Shown here: in pieces, positions 1 through 10,800 of the stretch | How the letters are laid out: the number at the start of each line of letters is the position of its first letter | Position numbering within the stretch: the first letter of the stretch is position 1 | Made by a program: the position numbers and the translations under genes | Assembly: GCA_002269645.1 (NCBI GenBank) | Contig: NIVC01001719.1 | Location: 1-46,432 of the forward strand | DNA: 46,432 nt | Reading direction: 5' to 3' | From: Macrostomum lignano | Taxonomy: Eukaryota | The notes under the pieces: model-generated | Seen by the model: only the letters and a program-made list of their open reading frames with translations | Database searches by the model: none | Told to the model about the DNA's origin: nothing

Positions 1-1632
1 GTAGAACTTTATTGAAGTCAATATGGTATTGTCAGCCAATAGCTATAGTACATTAGAATGAGTGATTCATTTCAAATGCCCAAAAATTAAATCTACTAGG
101 AAGTCAAAATCTTAGACCTATCTAACCATATAGGATGTTGTGGTGGCCAGACTATGTGACTGGCGAGCACCAGTGCAGCCACACTGGAAATCCCCCAACC
201 TCTGTCTAGCTGAGATGGGGTGGGTGCACACCAAGCTAGCCAGCTCACTAAGCCAGGTGGGGTTGGCGTAACCTATCATGCCACACCACCTTTTTGCATC
301 TCCCTAGGCCCCTCAATCTTGCACTATTTATAAATATAAATACACACAAAAAACAACACAAGATCTTCACTGCCATTATATCTATTGAACTAACGGGCCT
401 TTTGCCTAATTGATCATGTATTGGGCTCACCATATTTCAATATTTTGAAATAATTTAATTTCAAAATATTTATTTATAAGTCAAAAAAGTGATACATCTT
501 CTAATTGTCCAATTGGAATAACTTTTTTATAAAATAGGCCTAACAGTAATATAAATCTAAAAAAATTAATAAGCAATAAAGCCAATAATGTATAGGCCTA
601 TCATGTATTATATAATGACAACTATACATTTTTCATTTGTATACTACTATGTATGCTATTTTAGTTAGAATGCATACTAGAAAATTCTAATATACACTAT
701 ATTTTCTAGGGTATGGACTTGAAGTATATATCTTTAAAAATAGGGATGTGGCGATATGGCTAATGGCTTTAGCAAAATAGTTTGACTAAAATACTTTTTG
801 TTATTCAAAATGGCATAAAATAAAGATATTATCAATTTAGCAAATAGACATTAGGCCTATGCCTTAGTTAGGATCCTAGACCTAGGCCTTAGTATTATAC
901 TGAATTTGAAATTCTTTAAATTTAAATAGGCCTTTTTGATCTATAATCAAAAAGGTATTATGTATATTAATTTTTCTAATGCCAATTAATTCTTCATAGT
1001 TTATTGATGTGTATATTTGGCATGTTTGAATCTTAAAAAATTGTATTTGGTGTACAGAAAATGGTATAAAAAGCAATTTGAAAATAGGTGCAATATCTTC
1101 CCGTTTCTATAACATTTTGAAGAAAAAAAGCCATTAAGAGGTAAAGGAAATGCAAACAAAAAATATAAATTTTTATTCAATGTGATAGGGCTATTTTAAA
1201 GAATTTAAATACTAGAACTTTACATAATTGCAAGCTTTTGTAAAGGAGTAAAATAGACACAAAACTTATTTTGTTATAATATTAATATTAAACATTATTA
1301 AATATAGACTCTAACAATAGAAAAAAGTGCTTCATAGTTGTAGCAGAAAATTAAAGTTGCATAATTTTGAAATTTTGGTGTACACAACAGTCATATTTTT
1401 AATTTTTTGCATAGGCCCTACTTGGCAAACACCTAAAATTTTGCCCAAAAAATTCTGGCATAGGGGCTTATACTAGACACTTTCCTAATTCTTAACAATG
1501 GATTTTGACTATTCAGTATATTGTTAATATTATTTATATGAAATGAAATAAAATCAAAGACAATTTTATTCCCACTGCAAAAAATATTTAGTGTAGTCTG
1601 TCTGTAGTGTAGTACTATTATTAAACTATTCA

Positions 1633-1641
1633 TTATTAATT
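1633..1641. repeat. Left 9-bp target-site duplication of the MULE (TTATTAATT)
   Basis: Identical to 16204-16212; abuts the TIR. Confidence 0.9.
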
Positions 1642-1920
1642 CGAAGAGCTTGCGTGCACGGCGGCCGTGCATATAGTATAAGAATTGCGTGAACGGCTGC
1701 CGTGCACGTAATGTTCTACTTACGTGCACGGCGGCCGTGCATATAATATAAGAATTGCGTGAACGGCTGCCGTGCACGTAATGTTCTACTTACGTGCACG
1801 GCGGCCGTGCATATAATATAAGAATTGCGTGAACGGCTGCCCTTATGAATGATTTTATATAATATAAGAATTGCGTGAACGGCTGCCGTGCACGTAATGC
1901 TATGCTTGCGTGCACGGCGG
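1642..1920 (+). repeat. Left TIR of the MULE, made of ~70-bp tandem subrepeats
   Basis: Unit GTGCACGGCGGCCGTGCATATAATATAAGAATTGCGTGAACGGCTGCCGTGCACGTAATGTTCTACTTAC, about 3 copies plus a ~46-bp extra segment; reverse complement of 15971-16203. Confidence 0.92.
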
Positions 1921-3105
1921 GCGTGCATAAGATAGGCATTATTTGCGTGAACGACGGATGTTCTAATTGCATGCACGGTGGCAGCCGTTGCGAATACTTT
2001 GGACTTGCACATGTACCATGTATGTACCATGTAAGAAACCATTAACACATAGCAATTTATTTAAGTGTAATTATACATGTAGACAGTACTAACCATGCAG
2101 TTTAAATTGTTACTATATAAGCACTGATGTTCTTCTCTACGTCCCCTGGCCTGATTCGGAACGTGAATTTTCGAATTCTCAATTGTTGGACCAAATTATA
2201 ATGCCGCTGTGCCAGCTTTGCTACAATAGACAAAAGCTCCATTACAGTGCCAAACGAATACAGCTCAATAATATTGAAAATTCGCCACCCTTTCGCCCCA
2301 GTGAGCAGTGTCTTTCGACCAGCGTCCATCACCTGGCCAACCATTTGGATATAAAAATGCTTGTGATGAGGACGCACTTTTTCCCAAATCCCGCGCTAGC
2401 ACATGGACTCTAAACTTACCAGCCTACTAACAGTGGGCAATGGGTATTTTTATCCTTTTTCTGCGAATTGTCATAGAATCTATACTAGATATAATGTCTG
2501 GTCATACTAGTAGTCATAATAACATAGGCGCAGCTTCTTGGGTCATAAATTATCGCTTTCGAAGCTGGTCTGCCAGCCACCTGCGCCTCACACAGTGTTG
2601 AGGCGGGCGCCAGATGGTCTGAGAGGATGCGGGCGGTAGCTTTTTTCTCATCATTTTGACAGGCCATCAAGATATATGAGGTCAGAGCCTATTGTTCGTG
2701 TTCACTCAAGCGTGTGACAGCTTTGACAGGGTCTTGGGTAGGGTCTTGGATTATCGTCACAGACTTGGATAAACTATCAATCTACCCTACCCAATGGATA
2801 TCCCGAGTAATTTGGCCGAGTTACTCGGACAAATTACATTGTCCGAGTAATTTGGACAATGACGTCACCGTGCCGATGTCGGATCCTGCCTGGTCGGATC
2901 CGACCGATCCATTGCAGCAGCAGCAGCTATCCGCATCTCGGTCTGCATCGTCGCAGGCTGGCCGCTCCAATGCTGCGACCGCCGCTTCGGGTGTCAATTC
3001 GTCAAACGATAATTGCGGCTTGTCGTCTCCTTCGGCTTGTCATCGGCGGCATAAGCGACAATTGAGTTAACAGCGAGTTGATCGAGTCTAATAGGCTCAG
3101 TGTGA

Positions 3106-3305
3106 TTTCTCGTTGCTATGCGGTTGCTGTGGTACCGGATAGTACAATTTCCCGTTGCTACGCGGTTGTTAGGGTATTAGATAGCAGAACTCCCCGTTGC
3201 TATGCTGTTGTTAGGGTATTGGATAGCAGAATTCCCCGTTGCTATGCGGTCGTTAGGGTATTGGATAGCAGAATTCCCCGTTGCTATGCGGTTGTCGGGG
3301 TATCA
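3106..3305. repeat. 42-bp tandem repeat, ~4.5 copies
   Basis: CCCGTTGCTATGCGGTTGTTAGGGTATTGGATAGCAGAATTC with variants. Confidence 0.85.
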
Positions 3306-6030
3306 GAATAATCTAATTCCCTCCTAACATGAGTCAGTATGTATCCAAGATAAGTGAGGCTTTCTACGAGCAGCATTTTTCCGGTGCACGCGAATTACCC
3401 CTAAAAGTACCTTGGGATTAGCAATTTCTCTTCATTATCTTCATTATCTATTTAATAAGAGCTTTCTAATGTATATTTTTTCATTAATTTCTGTCAATCC
3501 TACGAGAAAAGTCATAAATCATTTTGTTGCGATTTTGAGTGATTTATGGCCGCACCTGTCATCTTTTTACGACCCTGTGGGAACTGATAGGATCTCTCGG
3601 TCACGTGATTCTGGGTAGCAACAAGCTTAGCCAATCAGAAAATTCGGCGCTCATTTTAACAAAACGGCTCAGCCAATCAGAATCGACGTGTTCCATTATA
3701 ACAAACTGCGGTCCAGTTGGCGGCTATTTAAACCGGTGTTTTTGGCCCGCTTGGACCTCAACTTTCCTGGTTCCTGCTCCACCGGCCAGGAACTGACCGT
3801 CGTTTCTTGATCCCCGGATTGTGACTTCCCCCCATCATCATCAAGGACGAGTCCCCCGGTCATCAGCAGCGAACATCAAGTGAAGAGCATCACCTGCTAG
3901 CTAACAGCGAAGATTGTGACCTCAGCATCATCCCGAGTCTACAGCTGCAGAGCGTCAAGCCGATTCGGTCACTGTGGATTACCTGGTCTCCGGCTGTTGA
4001 GTTTCTGATTGGTTGGGTGAGAGGCTACCTAGACTTGCTTGATTGGGTGATCCCTTATCTGTCCCCTGTTTCAGTAGCTGAATTAGGCGCACACTTTTGC
4101 TCTTTTTGTTCAGTAGTGCTGTTGCTGAGGCAGAAATCATTCAATAATACTGCTAGTAGTCTAAGACTCCAATTCAATCTGAAGTGTGAAGTGAACTAAG
4201 GAGAAGGTTAAATCTAACAGTTATTTTTATTGGTTTTATTTCTTTGTTCGCCGATGGCTCAGATGAGTAGCTAAGCTAGTAGGCGCCGGTCACAGTGGAC
4301 CAATGGCAAGGCAGTTCTCAGTCGACCAATCTATCAAATCAGTGAGCAAAACTGCCAGAAGTGCAGAATCGGCGCCAGAGATGTACTTTGTGCACTCTAG
4401 GGTAGCCAAGCGGCTCGGGTAAATGAATCATGCGGTCTCTGAAGTTTGAGTTAGCCTATTATCAGCGCTATGAGAGGCTAGTTGGCGCGTTGAAGGCCAA
4501 AAGTACATATCTTCGTATTTAGCAATGTAATAGTACATGTAGCTACCCCATAGACTCGCCACTGCAAGAATCCCCTGCACAAGTCCCCTCTGTACCTGCA
4601 TGGCCAATGCGATCTAGTCCCAGCAGTGTCCCTTATCATCGGCTATGACTTCGAGATTGACAGCAAAAAGACACTAGTTGGCAGGTAAGTGCAAAGCCCC
4701 TTCTAGTCGGAAGCCCGGTTTCGAGAGTCCCGGTGTGGTGAGCCAGGGCGCACGGGCTGGTGGCAGCGGGTTAGTTGATCTGTGGATTAGCTAATTTCTA
4801 CTTTCAAAATTCTCCCTGCTCGTCTCTCGCTGTCCCTCTCTTAGCTATAGGACCTAGACTGCTCGCCACACGATCAAGCTACCATGCGGCTGACCATCTG
4901 ACAGGAGTGGGGGCCAGGTCTCTAATTGATTTATTTCTGAGACCTGAGGCCCGAAGGCTTCCCTGACAAGGAGCCCGAAGGTCGAAACCCATCACTTGAA
5001 AAAAACTATTAAAACCGGGCGGTAGCTTCAATCCATCCAATCTTCGCCCTCCGCTCTTCCCTATCTTTTCACCCAGCCCAACTCTGCGTCGCGTGGCGCA
5101 AGTTGCGTCACTCAAAAGTCAATACTGAGCTGGAATTTAATGCGCACAAAGGTGGCGACTTTTTAATGTTGTTAAGTGTATTTTAAAGCAATTGGAAAAA
5201 TTATAACTTACAGAAAAGGTGACCATTGCAAAATGGCTATTCGGAAATTATTTCATGATTGGAGTGTGTATTTTCCAAAACTGCGCAATAACTACAATAA
5301 AATGCCTGAACGTGCAAGCTGTGAACAAAAAGATCGAGAAAAATAGCTGGGTCACAATCACATACACGCACACACACACCAAGTACTAATTAACTGTGTA
5401 CAGTAGCTATTGCTGTTATTACAACATAGAAAGTGAATTGTTACTTGAAAGGCTTGTGATCGGAGTTGGGACCTTACTAAACGTTTGAAAGAAAGTTAAT
5501 TAAAGCAGTAATAAAATAGAAAGTATACTTCCTAAGTGATTATTGTGTTGGTAGCGTGTGGCATGTGTCATGTGTCTGGGTTGTGGGTGCTTGGTTGCAT
5601 AGTTTGTGTGTTTAGGGGTTGCGTTGCTCTTAACTATCTTACATTATCTTGTAGCTAATGCACATCCGACGTTTGTGTGTGCAATGTCGCTTACTCAGGT
5701 TTGCATGCATGTACAATTTGCTACTTTGCGGTTTATTCGTTTTTCTACAATATTGTTGTCAAATATGATGTAGGCACGTCCTGGGCCCCCACTAATTTTT
5801 ATGCAACCCCCTTCCTCCCTTGTGATTTCTCCAATGACTCATCACGATGACTCCTGCTTATCGCAAACCCCACTCCCTCGTGCACCAACCCCACCTCTTT
5901 TTATTGTTCAAAATCTTTCACGCGTGTTGACAGTTTTATGACCCCCTACCTCCACCAAGCTTTTTCCTGCCTGTTACATTATCCCCCATCATAAACCATT
6001 TTTCTTGCTGCGAACACTCCGATTGCTTGT

Positions 6031-6160
6031 CCAATCACAGCGCAGCTGGCGAGTGACGTCATCAGGGTTGCTTGGTAACGGAGGTGAAGGACAGGTCACG
6101 GCTTTCATATCACGCATCTTGCTCACGTGATCGCGTAACGCGTGATCCCAGGGCTATAAA
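6031..6160 (+). promoter_or_regulatory. Promoter- or LTR-U3-like motif cluster
   Basis: CCAAT 6031, TGACGTCA 6054, X-box-like GTTGCTTGGTAAC 6067, CACGTG 6124, TATAAA 6155; motif match only. Confidence 0.4.
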
Positions 6161-7469
6161 TAAGATCCCGATTTGAGCCCTGAGCGGCAAGAATTACACT
6201 TTTTGCTTCCCTCTCAAGGCGAAAATGTCTTGATTTCCCCTCCCTCACTCCTTCCTTTCATCCTTCTTCCCATCCGTCTCTCCCCAATTTGCTTTAACCT
6301 CTCTTCTGACGTATCTCGCCTGGACTGATTGTCTGTGACTAGAGCCGCCGCATTGACAGTCCAACGACCACCGCGCCAATCAGCCCTGCCCGTCGGCCGC
6401 GTCTGTAAGGCATTTTTTCTCTACTGTTGCGCTGCCCTTCCTTGGGTACCGTCAGTCCGGTCTCTCCCCCATTGCTCACCATGAGCTCCCCCTAATACTT
6501 CAATCTTAACGTATTCCGTTTTAATAATTAACTGCATTGTTAGGGGCCAAGTTAGGGCCAGCAATTTTTTTAGGGCATTAGCCTTTTAACTCTTTGTTGC
6601 TTCTGTCTGCTTACTGATTTATCATGAGGCGTGAGAATTCTGAGTAGTGAGGTGCATCTGTTGCAGTGCATGGAATAGAAGCTAAGAATCAGAGTGGAAG
6701 ATCACCGCGAGTATGATCCGAATTCAACCAAATAATTATAGCGACAAAGTAACAGTATAATTCTAACTAAGCTTCTGTAGGATGTGCACCACGAGAGCCT
6801 TGGGACCTCACTTCCCCGTCGCCTGCCGCATCGAACGCATTTAGGAGGAGAGACATTAAAATGACGTTACCTATTATCCACCCTGGATCCTGGGGCTTAG
6901 GAGGGAATCGTAGTCTAGAATTGCTCACCAGCTAAAAGATCCCCTATGATAAAGTCCTCGTTTCCAGCACTGACTAGACTGTCCTTGCATGCATCGCATA
7001 CAGTCCCTTAATTAGCCTTTTTTAGTACACTTGGGGTCAAGAACCTTCGTCGGTTCCCGTCTCGTTAGTGACAGTTTTTACCGGGTGTACTCCCTCACAG
7101 GTGACTAGTCGCGCGGCCACGCCTCTGTTGCATACCTTCAAACATGCCGGGCCCGCTGTCTAGATAACCCAGTCTGTCTGTCTGTCTAGGAATCTTGGCC
7201 GCAACACCAGCTACCGCATCATCCAGAGGCGGACAAAGTCTAGGGGACGAGGCCTGGTGACTGTACTTTTCAGCGCCAGAGCCCAGGGGTTGCACAGGTG
7301 TTTTATGCAGCACGGGTTACGTAAAAAATATGACGTCACAGCAAGAGTTTTTAATTCAAGTGTTTCGGCTAGTGAAATCGTAAAGCCAGTTAAGTAATTG
7401 TTTCAATTATAAGGCAGCCAACTTTAAAAATACATTTAGTATCGTTGGATTGCCAATTTAAACGTACAC

Positions 7470-7819
7470 TTATGAGCGCTTGCATTCGCTGCAAAACCAA
7501 TGAAGATCAGTCGGCTGACGCTGAAGTCTAGCGCAGTCAAAATGATGCCACAACTGGCACGAGTCACAAAGGATAGAACGGCCGCTTGATAGCTCTTTAC
7601 GACAGCTTCCACAAAAGTGCTGGGGCGCACGCAGGGATTTCGTTATCATTTGCAGCAGTCGAGTTGTATCGACGTAATTGACCAGAAGTGCGACAGAACT
7701 ACTGACATCTTCTTCGATGAACTGAGACGGAAGGTTATGAACCTCGACAGGCGCAACAGGCTCGCCTCCCTTCATAAGAGCATCAGCGCGCCGAGAGTCA
7801 AAAAGCCAGGTTAACATGG
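7470..7819 (-). CDS. MULE transposase last exon with PHD finger
   Basis: [22 protein letters not shown] fits the C4-H-C3 PHD pattern; TTGTAG acceptor at 7820 is phase-compatible with the donor at 7901. Confidence 0.85.
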
Positions 7820-10800
7820 CTACAAAGTTACAAATCATATAGTCATTTAAAGGAATGCAGCAACCAAAAAGCAGAGCATATAAAAACCGATTTATACTTA
7901 CTTTTGACTTTATTTTTGTTGTCCAGTTCGGAGAACGCACGAGGTCCGCGAAGGCGTCTTCTCTTGATTCCAATTACAGTCGTATCAGAACCTCTCGGTC
8001 GACCTCGTCGCTTACAGGCAGCTGGAAGCGACAAGCCTGCCAATCGCTCAGCCTCAGCACGACGCTCAGCTTCGGCGAGTCGCTCAGCTTCGGTGAGTCG
8101 CTCAGCTTCGGCGAGTCGCTCAGCTTCGGCGAGTCGCTCAGCTTCCAGACGCTTAGCTTCGGCGAGTCGCTCAGCTTCGGCGAGTCGCTCAGCTTCGGCG
8201 AGTCGCTCAGCTTCGGCGAGTCGCTCAGCTTCGGCGAGTCGCTCAGCTTCGGCGAGTCGCTCAGCTTCGGCGAGTCGCTCAGCCTCCAGACGCTTAGCTT
8301 CGGCGAGTCGCTCAGCTTCGGCAAGTCGCTCAGCCTCCAGACGCTTAGCTTCGGCGAGTCGCTCAGCTTCGGCGAGTCGCTCAGCTTCGGCGAGTCGCTC
8401 AGCTTCGGCGAGTCGCTCAGCTTCGGCGAGTCGCTCAGCTTCGGCGAGTCGCTCAGCTTCGGCGAGTCGCTCAGCTTCGGCGAGTCGCTCAGCCTCAGCA
8501 CGACGCTTAGCTTCTGCGAGTCGCTGAGCCTCAGCACGACGCTTAGCTTCGGAGAGTCGCTCAGCTTCGGCGAGTCGCTCAGCTTCGACGAGTCGCTCAG
8601 CTTCGACGAGTCGCTCAGCTTCAGCGAGTCGCTCAGCCTTATCACGACGCTCAGCTTCGGCGAGTCGTTCAGCTTCGGCGAGTCGCTCAGCTTTGGCGAG
8701 TTGCGCTGCTTCCTGTTGTTTGGTCCTGGCCTGTTGTTCTGAATCGACCAGTCGCTCGGTGTTCTCTGTTCTCTTAAATGAAACACTTATATTTACAGAG
8801 CCACTTATATTTACACTGATGTGCAAGTATAATGCTGACGCCTCCTGGTGACGCAGCAGCAGCACCTGCATCAGACTGCGCTCTCCTCGGTCGGCTCGGT
8901 GAGCCGCGCCCCCCGGCTGCGGCTGCAAAAGTCAGCACCAAAGTGAGACGGGGCAAGCGGAGCGTTCGGCGTCGGATTGAGAGGCGTCGTGAACGGAATC
9001 GCAGAGGCCGGCTGCGCGGATCCAACATGCGCCGCCAGCCCACCCCGTCCACTGAGGATTTGGATCTGCCGGGTGGCGCCGGAGACCATGAGGCCCAATG
9101 TCAGCGGGCCCCAGCCGTACCAAACTGCACGCTTAGATTGGCAACCTTCAACTGCCGCACTCTGAAGGCAACCTGGCGAAGAGGATTGGTTGCCCAACTC
9201 GCCAAGATCTGCGTTTGGACATCCTGATGTTGCAAGAGCATTCCATCGTCAGCGGACCCAACTTGCAAGTGGAAGACCTTGGTGGCGGCTGGACACTGTT
9301 CTACACCTCCGCGGACAAGAAAGGACGTGGCGGGGTCGGTGCCCTTGTAAACCCTCGGCTGCGACAAAGCGTGCGCTGTCTCCCCCTGAGCCCCCGACTG
9401 ATGCGGGTTGACATTCGCCTACGTAACCGCAACGCGCGCCTCTTCTGCGCGTACGCGCCGACAGCTGCCCACCCAGAAGAAGCTGGCAGGTTCTACGATC
9501 TCCTGTCGGCTCAACTAGAAACCATCGCGCAGCGAGACACTCTGGTGGTGCTTGGCGATCTGAATGCGGTGATGCGTCGATCCGCTAGCGCCCCTTATGT
9601 GACTTCACGCGAGAATCCAAACACTGATGCGCTGGTGAGTCTGACAGAGCAGCACGATCTGGTGTCCGCAAATACCACCTTCCGCAAACCTGCCAGCCGG
9701 CTCGCGACCTTTACCGGCTGTAAACGGAGAAGGCGAAATGCAACCGGCCGTAACGCGACTTGCAGGCTAGCGCAGTTAGACCACGTGCTACTGCGCACTC
9801 GCGAACGCCGCCGAGCATTGAATTGCGACACCGTCAGACCACTGGCCGTGGGGTCAGACCATAAGTTGCTGTTCTGTGACTTGCGTCTCCGTGACCCCCT
9901 GTACCGACCACCGAAGAAAAGACCGAGGCGTTTCTTTAGAGCACTGCGGAACCCAGCAACTAGGAACCGCTTCTCTCGCGCCTTCTCCACCGCGCTGGGC
10001 GACACCCACAACGCTCAGTATGGTGACATATGCGACGCAATCCACACCGCGGCGGAAAGCACGCTACCACTCGTGCGTCCACCGCAGCGCTCACAACCAG
10101 TGTGGATGAGCGACCCAGCGATCAGAGAGGCCCAAGATCGAGTGCAGCGACTCAGGAGGAGCAGGCACACAACAGACGAGGCGGAAAAGGCCCTCGCCAT
10201 TGTCTACAAAGAGCAGCAGCTGGCTGCCGTGAGCGAGGCCATCCGCGCCGTCACCTCCGCCGCCCCGGACAGGAAAAGCGGCACCGTGTGGACTGCCATC
10301 AACACCCTCACTGGCAGGAAGCAACGCACGGCGCTCAACCTGGTTGGGGACACGCCGGATGAGCGCAAGAACAGCCTGCGGGACTTTTTCGCTAGCATAG
10401 TGAATGCGCCACCACCTGCGCTCCCTGATGTGCTGGCGCTGCCCCCTGACACGCCACTGCCGCCTCCGCATCATTTCTGTACCGGCCATGTGACCGCAAT
10501 CGATGTTTGTCAGCTCGCCAAGAAGATCCCAGGCGGCAAGGCAACGGGTCCCGACGAAGTTCCCAACGAGGTGCTCAGACTGCCCAAGGTCGCCCAGGAG
10601 ATCGCCAGGGTGATCAACAACGTTCTCGATACTGGCGTCGCACCTCCGGAGTGGACCCGAGCACATATCGTCGGAATCCCCAAGAAGCCGGGCACCAACA
10701 AGATTGAAGAACATCGGGGCATCTCCCTGATGTCCTGTGCCGCCAAGCTGCACAACAAGCTGCTACTGTCGCGCTTGCAGCCAGTGCTGGACCCTTACCT

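Noticed and set aside
2125-2155. PGDVEKN as a 2A-like skipping peptide
   Set aside because: Lacks the required NPGP ending (reads GDVEKNISA).
5769-7099. TGTAGG..CTCACA as a solo LTR
   Set aside because: Flanks do not form a TSD and there is no second copy in the window; kept only as a motif cluster.
5761-7335. AAATATGA direct repeat as an 8-bp hAT TSD
   Set aside because: No terminal inverted repeats inside; an AT-rich 8-mer recurs easily by chance.
7855-8786. Alternative-frame ORFs SLSFGE.., SASRS.., KLSDSP..
   Set aside because: The 18-bp unit is open in several frames; only the AERLAE frame joins flanking exons in phase.
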